Both the position numbers and the translations under genes were made by a program. DNA of 63,866 nucleotides, filler included, from Licmophora abbreviata (Eukaryota): assembly GCA_900291995.1 (NCBI GenBank). It is 12 parts of 12 records of this genome, joined end to end, with 100 filler letters (N's around TTAATTAATTAA, not from the genome) between each part and the next. Parts side by side here need not be neighbours in the genome. Positions count along the whole stretch, not along the records: positions 48,831 to 62,637 come from OLMU01000830.1; positions 62,738 to 63,866 come from OLMU01000831.1; 10 more parts are not named here. One strand, given 5' to 3'. Position 1 is the first letter of the stretch. Every line of letters begins with the position of its first letter. Shown in pieces: positions 57,001 to 63,866 of the stretch. Below the pieces are notes generated by a model. That model was not told the DNA's origin and ran no database searches. It was given only the letters and a program-made list of their open reading frames with translations.

Positions 57001-58170
57001 TACAAGGTCCAATCCCATGTTGTGGGCGAGCTGCGATCGATTCCCCCGTTTGCATCGTCGGGAGTACCGTCATTAACGCTGGCGAACTTGCATTGGCGCA
57101 TCTGCTCGGACGTGAGAAATCGAACCCAAACCGCTCTGGCCCCTTCCATGGTTCAATGCATTCGACATGCTCGTTTGTTGTCCATCTCCTTTTGTCGGGC
57201 ACACGTACAATGCAGTCGTTGCTTTGAGCCGCTTGTCCACCGTCGTCAGAGCAACGATCATGTCGGCATTGCGATCCGCAAGAAGACGTCGTCAGCGTCG
57301 TCCATGTACGAGGACACTGGTCCTTCGTTTTGGCATCTGCCGCTTCCGATTCCGGGTCTTGAGGCATCATCTACAGCATCGTTCGACCCCCGAAACAAAG
57401 CGGTCCAGTACGGCCCTGCTCTTCGTCCATCATCGGCCTCAAGAGTCCTAATCTGTCCCAATGACTGTCCGCTTGATTGTGCCGAAGTGAAATGGGAATG
57501 CAGTGGTGTCCTCGACGATGGTACAGGTCAAGCGAGAGTGTACGCCGAACGGGAGGTCGCACTCGCCTTGTTGGGACCTAGTTTAAATGCAACTGCCATT
57601 GCAGAGGGCGCCTGGCTCGTTGGCAACGACGAGGGTAGTGAGCGAGGAGGTATCGTATTTCAAAAGTCCATACCTCCCAAGCAGTCGTTGCGCTATGCTG
57701 TCTTGGAGGCTCAGGCGTCTGTGGCTGGTCGTCGTCGACGATATCGCCACCGTTATCATCCTTCAAGTGATGATGGAAATGAGAATGGCAGTGAATCGAG
57801 AGAACATGAAGATGTTGTCTGGAATTTACTGTCCGTGGAAGATCGGGCCGAATATGCCATGCAGCATCATTGTCGGCATTCATCGGAACCTGGTCGTCTA
57901 CTGGACTTTGTGGTACGATGCAAGCCTCTATCGATGCCATCAACGACGACGACCGCAGTAGGATCGTCCAGCGGCAGCAGCAATGCGTTTCATTTGAACC
58001 GTACGCAATTGGAAATGGCAATGCCAGCGACCAAGCCGTACTTGGCGGCCGAGACGATGAAGGTTCCTACATACACCCTCCCGCCCCTCAAGCTGAACTT
58101 GGTGGACTGCTCCAGCAGTGTAGCGACAAATGAGGAGTTGACGAATGATCTCATACGAGCGTTGCGATAA
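54001..58170 (+). CDS. Large multi-OB-fold protein, probable CST complex subunit CTC1
   Basis: 1389 aa with OB-like segments ('GIQPGDHITFRNV', 'LYTTHF...GLTKGAVVRAVNIH') and a C-terminal RPA70C/CTC1-type OB fold with zinc ribbon ('CSRC'...'CPNDC'...'VLDDGTGQARV'). Confidence 0.6.
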   Translation: MCSQQPGQRSVMSTSSQDFSVLTGKIVHCLELTSASSDWSGSRKRRRDENIRKGPRSSTSDVKPCEDGSSSARAAGFFFLPADKHQANEYLLIVPQCLLKTVCDATRYHSKVQITDYDRKEFSDSPRSVSLLYIHPGGLSVATNTDEQSDARSPTFRASMFSLSYLKQAELSKANDRCRIRKSRGPTEKGKECYTFHATVDAISPIIAAVPSDPFALLELYEPGDTAAPNSCVVVLKGANALMCHAGIQPGDHITFRNVRRQRWHVPSSFSKKGLAYMEQRTPNHVFVVSDCRCIDWEVDDSEKMPPLPSTVVPLSSIQGLVRSIHTKPLGPNGASVIHAVEVVLSKVNQSGSTCLLYTTHFPMSPNLTFGLTKGAVVRAVNIHALSFTSVALHGAAFGACLRSSITVVSTHMNSDVQISCQLSAPFAFSKARQSYERYELQSCLATCRVASKDMALGDMVGVKVPSDNELEEMIWKLVSSQERIDDQLPRSSTLTASKRKSKRDPYLEFFDHPCAIDWERLEDDVGCDMSKHSGKTMRFTVASLSELRHASYLAMHRELVGSSTAETGSRFFSSDYQAGWTASIQLSPGELLKAVRDARHGPMEGDFDAGLFRLFTVGAVTSVDKNFSPSMLSDASSCLPLSIVSNSVADSFDFIIKSDVVVVDIDSSIISCLCVGKTSGTLNEDGSVAGSLEPHLVQLPSLLSHIDERSQSGSCSLLACGGFLFVLSVHLVYATGHVMKDAGDSPTKIREIIHSGVAPQMSSKLQDVYSCLGRETQLAREDAFVGLLTRQRYRFKKLRNGSFLGCTLTLSHFPIPPGACSLQNIRCSIDTAELSSLQSIELKLEVDVEKKRLEVMRKSLLEVLGGSTGYTALDEQVNLATAWWEIADSSVTSLIVSTGYDDVRHNAEGAESYYYVPVLSVPASAIEHGNFGYIRFRCGVDKLSSRLVQVTETRNPMGSSKVASSPADGASATRFVSVGGRKVLPGALDHNTSRKIFSSYKVQSHVVGELRSIPPFASSGVPSLTLANLHWRICSDVRNRTQTALAPSMVQCIRHARLLSISFCRAHVQCSRCFEPLVHRRQSNDHVGIAIRKKTSSASSMYEDTGPSFWHLPLPIPGLEASSTASFDPRNKAVQYGPALRPSSASRVLICPNDCPLDCAEVKWECSGVLDDGTGQARVYAEREVALALLGPSLNATAIAEGAWLVGNDEGSERGGIVFQKSIPPKQSLRYAVLEAQASVAGRRRRYRHRYHPSSDDGNENGSESREHEDVVWNLLSVEDRAEYAMQHHCRHSSEPGRLLDFVVRCKPLSMPSTTTTAVGSSSGSSNAFHLNRTQLEMAMPATKPYLAAETMKVPTYTLPPLKLNLVDCSSSVATNEELTNDLIRALR

Positions 58171-58318
58171 TGCGCCTATTGAATGGTGCTAATTTGGCAC
58201 GCAGTGCAGCTAGAACATTCTATCATAATTTCCTAGATATTCTAGCGGGCGTGACCTGTCCTTGCTCCAAACGTTCAACACTGTTCTCTCTCCCTGGTTG
58301 TGACTGCACTTCAGTCTT

Positions 58319-58842
58319 CTAGTCCTTGTTGACAATGCCCTTGAAGGAATCGTAGGCCTTGAACTTGACACGCTCCGTTTGCGGAATGACAATGCTCTTT
58401 CCCGTGGACGGAACGCGGCCCGCTCGTGCCTGGGACGTGCGGGAGAAGAAGGTTCCAAAGCTCGCGATTCGAACGCTACGCTTTTGTGCGACAGCCTGAA
58501 GAAGAGAGCCAAAGCAGGAGAGTATCGTGAGATCGTGTGTGCCGTATGATGTCGTATATCGTATTTACATGACTGCGCTATGAAGCCAGGTATGATACAG
58601 TATAGAGTACTAGTGCGCGCAGGACGACTCCTAGACGCACGTACCTCGACGATGGTATCGAGGACAGTATTCATAATGCGAGCAGACTCGGCAACGGAGA
58701 GATCATGCTGTTCGGCAATGATCTTGGAGAGGTCGGCCTTGGTCAGAGTGGTACTCGTGGCGTCCTCGGCCTTTGTCGCAAGCCAGCGACCGCGCAGCGT
58801 CGGAATTCGACGAACAAGAGCTTTCGAAGTCAAGTGCAGCAT
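58319..58842 (-). CDS. Bacterial-type histone-like DNA-binding protein HU/IHF with mitochondrial-like presequence (exons 58842-58645, 58495-58319)
   Basis: The spliced product reads 'LTKADLSKIIA...VLDTIVEAVAQKRSVRIASFGTF...ARAGRVPSTGKSIVIP...VKFKA'. Confidence 0.88.
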
Positions 58843-59097
58843 CGTACTGGAGTGTAGAGTCTTTTGGTTCTGTACTTCTCGGGTTAAGCCTATGACAGTC
58901 CTCTCGCGGATGTGGGATGTCGTTGTTGTCGTTGTTCTGTTGTTAAGATGTCGTCATTGCTCTTCCGCGCCAGCTTTTTCTACCTGGATGCCAGTAACGG
59001 ATCTACGCCAGGATACCTTTTCAGCAGAATTCTCTTGCTGCGAACACCATCCGAAAATAGGCACAGCTTTCTCAGTTTTCAGTTTTCAGTCGAGCGT

Positions 59098-59128
59098 GAC
59101 GACGACGACGACGACGACGATGATGATG
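59098..59128. repeat. (GAC)n/(GAT)n microsatellite in the divergent HU-GEX1 intergenic region
   Basis: gacgacgacgacgacgacgacgatgatgatg. Confidence 0.85.
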
Positions 59129-59289
59129 TGTGTTACTAAGTAGATTAAACGACGCGACGTGCCCCAACAGTCCATTCTCGTCACGCTGCGATCCTGAACC
59201 TGAACCAGCACAACGTTCCTTTCAACACGACGATTGATTGAGGATTCGCTGCTTCTCTCGTCTCTAGTGTTGCATCCTCGGTTCACTGC

Positions 59290-61320
59290 ATGCAGATATA
59301 TCTTAGATGGATGGGTGCCTTTTTGTTGTTCATGAAGTTGCTCATCGGGTCTCTGATCCTGTTACTATTTACACCAACTTCTGCTGCTTCTGCTGCTGAA
59401 TGGACCTCATACAACAATCTTCATTCGTCTTCCGAGTCATCAGCGTCCTTTGTTGTCCTTCGAAATGTCTCGCCCGAGTGTTGGATGGACGCCGTCAATC
59501 TTGTCGTCGTCGACTTGCACAATGATCACAACAATCATCGCGACACTTCCAGACACACCCCTACCGACGCCTCCTCCCTTGGACCATCGCTTTGCTCTGC
59601 GATGACGTTGGATCAACAAAAAGCATTGGCTCTCGAACTAGCACGATGTCATGTGTCGGATCTGTCGAGACCGCTCTTTGTCACTGCTGCTACTGATGGG
59701 GACAACCACGACAACAACAACGATCCTCTTGGACATGACTGCAACACACCTGCGTACTACTGGACGCTTGATTCGGCTTCTTCTTCGAAAACATCCACAG
59801 ACACATTGTACGTGTGTTTGTCGAGACTCTCCGACGCTGGGATGCAGTCGTATACTCATTTCTTCACCTACGTGCATCAGATATGCACCCGATTGACACA
59901 AGAAGCATTGTTGTACCACCAGGAACAAAGTACGGTGCGGTTGCAGCAAACGTCAAGAGCTACGACGCGACACCTCGAGGCCATGCTGCAGCAACAGCAT
60001 GAGTGGAATGTACAACAAGAAGAGCGAGAGCGTCATTTGGATAGACAGCATTCGGATGTACTGTGGAAACTTCAGCGACAGGGCCATTTGGTGGAAGAGC
60101 AAGCGGCGCAAATAAGGGAGCAGCACGACTCGATGCGAGACTTGCAACAGCAACTTTTGACGAGTGCGGGAGAAAGGGAACAGGCCATGTCCAATCAGTA
60201 TCAAGTGTGGATGGAGGAGCAGAAAGAACAGCAATCCAAACACGAGGCTGAGTGGAGTAAGCATGCTCGAGAAATGCTTAATTTGTCCAGGACAGTTGAT
60301 GAAACGGCGTCCAAAATGAAGCCGTTGCTTGGACTGGATACGATTGTCTCCATGGCAACCGTCGGAGTCACGTGGTTTACATCGGTCTTTTACTTTTTGG
60401 GTGCCATGAATGCCATCTGGCTTTTGACGTCGTCGAAACGACACGGCTGGACGCGACGGTACATGTTTCGACTCATCCTCCTCGAAGTGTCATTGGAATT
60501 CTTGATGCATTGGATGGTGACTGAGGGACTGCTTATGGATCATCATCGAGCAGAAGGGATCAAGTCACTTCGCTCTTGGACATTTCGGCTCGAGTCCGGA
60601 TTGTACATGCTTGGATGGCTCTTGCCGTTGTTCTTTGGCTCCTGTCGGAGTCCTGATACCAGAGACAAAACGGCGAACAGCCATGGTGAAATGCAACGCT
60701 TGCGCTGCCTTGTGGAAGAGACGATGACGAAACAGGAAGCACTGCAAAAGGAGAGAGAGCGGCGCCTGGTGAACCTATTGCAACAGCAACAACAAGCTTC
60801 GGGGTGGCAGTCACCAGTCGTTGCGGTTCATCAACCACATTGCCCGTCAAACATTCTGCCTCTCCCACCCGGACATTCTCCTATGCAGTCGCTGCAGGCT
60901 TTGCCGGGGAGCGACATGATAAGCTCGATGCAGTGGCCGGCTTCCCCTGCACACGAGCCAACACCTCAAGCGCCGCCCAGCGTGCGCGCACCTCATCGGC
61001 ATCGCACGCCGATTGGCGAGATCATTCCGCCCATTGAATTGATATCGGGTTCATTCAATCACACCGTCACTCCCGATGAAGGATGGAATCTCCTCGAAGT
61101 GGCAGACTCAGACATGAATACCGCACTCGAACTCGATGCTGCGCTCGAGACCCATGCGATGTGTCATGTGTCGCCTCTTGTTTGTCCGGAGGAACCGATT
61201 CCGAAGAAACGAAGCCGCGACGATCGTGAGGACGATTGCAAGGACGATTGTTCAGATTCTACAAAAAGTGCAGATTCGGACTGCTCCGAACCGAGTCTCA
61301 AAAAGATCAAGACGGCTTGA
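59290..61320 (+). CDS. GEX1: GEX1/KAR5/Brambleberry-family nuclear envelope fusion protein
   Basis: Signal peptide, Cys-rich domain 'CW.DA...C..M...Q..LALELARCH....RP...C...CLSRL....YTHFF..V..IC..L', then a coiled coil, about 3 TM helices and a disordered tail. Confidence 0.8.
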   Translation: MQIYLRWMGAFLLFMKLLIGSLILLLFTPTSAASAAEWTSYNNLHSSSESSASFVVLRNVSPECWMDAVNLVVVDLHNDHNNHRDTSRHTPTDASSLGPSLCSAMTLDQQKALALELARCHVSDLSRPLFVTAATDGDNHDNNNDPLGHDCNTPAYYWTLDSASSSKTSTDTLYVCLSRLSDAGMQSYTHFFTYVHQICTRLTQEALLYHQEQSTVRLQQTSRATTRHLEAMLQQQHEWNVQQEERERHLDRQHSDVLWKLQRQGHLVEEQAAQIREQHDSMRDLQQQLLTSAGEREQAMSNQYQVWMEEQKEQQSKHEAEWSKHAREMLNLSRTVDETASKMKPLLGLDTIVSMATVGVTWFTSVFYFLGAMNAIWLLTSSKRHGWTRRYMFRLILLEVSLEFLMHWMVTEGLLMDHHRAEGIKSLRSWTFRLESGLYMLGWLLPLFFGSCRSPDTRDKTANSHGEMQRLRCLVEETMTKQEALQKERERRLVNLLQQQQQASGWQSPVVAVHQPHCPSNILPLPPGHSPMQSLQALPGSDMISSMQWPASPAHEPTPQAPPSVRAPHRHRTPIGEIIPPIELISGSFNHTVTPDEGWNLLEVADSDMNTALELDAALETHAMCHVSPLVCPEEPIPKKRSRDDREDDCKDDCSDSTKSADSDCSEPSLKKIKTA

Positions 61321-61540
61321 GCACTTTGTCATCCCCGTGATGGTGGTGTCGTCATGGCGCGATTATCTTTGCGAACGTTTGGTTCTCGTATACGACACAA
61401 AGCTCATGGCTGCCTCTTGTACGCGTGATGTGTGCTTCGACCATGGCATTCTTACCCCATGATTTCTAGTACAACAATAGACATGTCCAAGATTAATAAA
61501 TCGATGTATGTGACTTTGTACAATATGTTAAAGAGGCAGA

Positions 61541-62248
61541 CTACGCCACCTGGGTTTCTGCATCGCGAACCAACGTCGTGGGTGCGCGACCAAAATCAGG
61601 TGGGAGGTCGTCCAAGGTCAAACCGGTCGTTCCAATAGCTGCGATGGCTTTGATGAAGGTATTATGATGAATGGCATGGTGACAAGCAAATCCCATCTCT
61701 CGCTCAAGGGTGCTGTGGAGTGGAAGTTCGTGCACGCTTTGCTCAGTCGTGCTCGGCAGAGTAAAGTATGCGGTCAAACGCCTCTTTCCGTCCAGAGTGC
61801 ATGAGTCGTTTTCTTCCTGACAACTGACACAGACACCATCGAAGATGTCTTGAATGAAGAGGGCTCGGTCTCGAGCTTCACACACGTCCTTTTCACAGAA
61901 AGTTCCCCTCTCGCGCACGTCGTAATGCAAGTCAATGAGTTTGTCGTTATCTCGAACCGTCCGAAGCCCGTCGAGAGCTACCTTTTCAAGGTGGTCGAGA
62001 GAGTGGCGAACCTGCTGGCCAACCGTGGTTCCCAGGCAGTTGGCCCGGAAGATCTTGTTGGCACCTTCGACGCTCTTTCTCTTGATAAGTGAGTCAATTA
62101 CGGAGACGACACGGGAGAGAACTTTCGAATTTGCCTGGCACAGTGCCGGTAGTACACACTGCGTGGAAGTCGCGCTGGTCAGTGTTCTAGCAAGTATAGA
62201 GGGGTTGACGCGGATGGACAATCTAAGAAGAGATGTTCGCGCAAACAT
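61541..62248 (-). CDS. DinB/YfiT-like metal-binding protein with mitochondrial-like presequence
   Basis: 'TVGQQVRHSLDH', 'HYDVRERG', 'STLEREMGFACHHAIHH', 'DFGRAPTT'. Confidence 0.75.
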   Translation of the reverse strand: MFARTSLLRLSIRVNPSILARTLTSATSTQCVLPALCQANSKVLSRVVSVIDSLIKRKSVEGANKIFRANCLGTTVGQQVRHSLDHLEKVALDGLRTVRDNDKLIDLHYDVRERGTFCEKDVCEARDRALFIQDIFDGVCVSCQEENDSCTLDGKRRLTAYFTLPSTTEQSVHELPLHSTLEREMGFACHHAIHHNTFIKAIAAIGTTGLTLDDLPPDFGRAPTTLVRDAETQVA

Positions 62249-62769
62249 GATGCTGATAGGATGAGATGATAGATGATAGGCCCTTTTCGAAAGAAGGTGG
62301 AAAATCAAGGGTCAAGGGGGCGAATCCATGCAAACAGTCGACGCAACGATTTGATGAGCATGATACGTCTATCCATGAGAACATGGAGAACTCACTTCAC
62401 CATTCAGTCCAAACTCACCTTGCCTTTTGTGAGCAGAATCGAGAAGAGTGAAGGATGCGATCATAACTTGCCTGCTCGTGTCCAGGTCGATGCGAACTCG
62501 AGTGTCAGTAGAGGTGATTGCCCGAGAGAGGCCTCTGTGAAACGGCGGACATCGCCCGGCGCGCGCTCAAGACTCCACCAACCTTAGCCCTAATCGTGTG
62601 ACCTCACATCGCGTCAAACTCAATGCGACTTCACAGANNNNNNNNNNNNNNNNNNNNNNNNNNNNNNNNNNNNNNNNNNNNTTAATTAATTAANNNNNNN
62701 NNNNNNNNNNNNNNNNNNNNNNNNNNNNNNNNNNNNNCTTGCTTCCCTTTTCTGTCGCCCAGAGTACAA

Positions 62770-63327
62770 ATGGTGTTTTACGAATGTGTCCTGACTGCGA
62801 AGAACACAGCGCGTGAGTACAGGGGACTATCGTCGATCCTGATGATTTTCTTCGCTTGTCTTGTTCTAGACAAGTATTCTACTGTCACCTCATCGATACC
62901 CTTTTGCACTTTCCTTTCTATTATCACAGCCTTCGGCTCACTGACGAGCTTGATGAAGGAAGCTTCGCGCAAGATTGTGAGCGGCGGCGGCATCGTACGC
63001 AGCATCCAGAACCACGGCATTCGCGATTTGCCGCATCGCTTTCGCGCCAAATTCGCAGATCGCTACGGCAATCGCTATTATGAAAAGGGCAGGTTCATTA
63101 GCGTCTATTACGATGCCAGTCCGAAGACGATGCGACAGGTGGAGAGTCTTTTGACAATGAATGAGGAGGTTTTGCGCAATACGCATCTCAAGCCGAGGAA
63201 CAAGTTGTGGTACGTCAATATTGCGCGAGAAGATAAGAATCCGTATATTCGCAAAGTTATAGAAATGGAGAGACAAGAGGCGCGTGCTGCTGTGCAAGAG
63301 AACGAAGGAGCAGGCGAGTCGAGTTGA
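62770..63327 (+). CDS. MRPS6: Mitochondrial ribosomal protein S6 (bS6m); in-frame intron 62813-62929
   Basis: 'MVFYE', 'GGIVRSIQNHGIRDLPHR', 'G.FISVYYDASP', 'EEVLR'. GTGAGT...CAG intron. Confidence 0.85.
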   Translation: MVFYECVLTAKNTAREYRGLSSILMIFFACLVLDKYSTVTSSIPFCTFLSIITAFGSLTSLMKEASRKIVSGGGIVRSIQNHGIRDLPHRFRAKFADRYGNRYYEKGRFISVYYDASPKTMRQVESLLTMNEEVLRNTHLKPRNKLWYVNIAREDKNPYIRKVIEMERQEARAAVQENEGAGESS

Positions 63328-63866
63328 GCATCTGGGTGTTAGTACTTTGACAAGTAGCTACAGCTCTGTAGCCGCGTCGTAAATATTATAGTAGGATACG
63401 CTGGAAGGCTCTTAGACTACTTGTAGAAGTTTATCTAGTGAGAATCACATCGTTTGCTTGCAATAGATCGGCATGCAAGATAAGCCCATTGAACTTGTTC
63501 TAGTTTAGCGACCACGTGTATTTGGCTAAGGTGTTTGTTCAGAAAAGGGTGTACTAATACAGGTACGACAGACACATTTGCGACAAGCTAGCCTATAACG
63601 ATTCTATCGCGCTGCGAAAGGCAGGACGCAGCATCTACTAGTACAGACTGTAGATTGTTGGGAACTAGCCTTCTACGTAGAGACTATCTAATATCGCGCA
63701 AGATCACTATCTTGGAAATGAGGGCAGTATCGATAATCGATAGGGTTCTTTAGTCGAGGGAGTCACGGTCGATCGCGCGCACACACACGATGAGAGTGAG
63801 TAATGCGTCACAAAATTCAAAATTCGTCCAAAATCGAAGTTTGGATTGTGGATGCCATTAGCCTCA

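Overview
Gene-dense eukaryotic nuclear scaffold, most likely from a diatom or related stramenopile alga. Evidence for this: short GT-AG introns, bipartite signal+'AF' plastid-targeting N-termini, a pair of bHLH-PAS genes and an 'RGLE' family gene. The scaffold is joined by eleven artificial 100-nt N-linkers carrying TTAATTAATTAA. About 35 protein genes can be supported: ALMT-like transporter, sulfotransferase, V-ATPase proteolipid paralog, RPC34, MEI2-like, caspase-like/Tudor fusion, HIS7, ABCG, DOT1-like methyltransferase, M17 aminopeptidase-like repeat protein, MND1, chlorophyllase-like, IST1, MIT/NRBF2-like, gametolysin M11, RadA/Sms, TMEM151-like, NOL/NYC1-like SDR, DUF445, two bHLH-PAS paralogs, cis-prenyltransferase, CTC1-like, HU, GEX1/KAR5-like, DinB-like and mitochondrial S6. 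No rRNA, tRNA, CRISPR or intact transposon was recognised. Most interesting: (1) an apparently catalytically dead M17 aminopeptidase with a signal peptide, fused to a long repetitive R/G/D/P/M tail; (2) a V-ATPase c-subunit paralog lacking the proton-carrying glutamate; (3) an intronless caspase-like protease with three Tudor-like domains; (4) two same-strand ORFs 15 nt apart; (5) a putatively mitochondrial HU. Four one-base frameshifts look like sequencing errors. All family calls come from motif recognition, not database searches.
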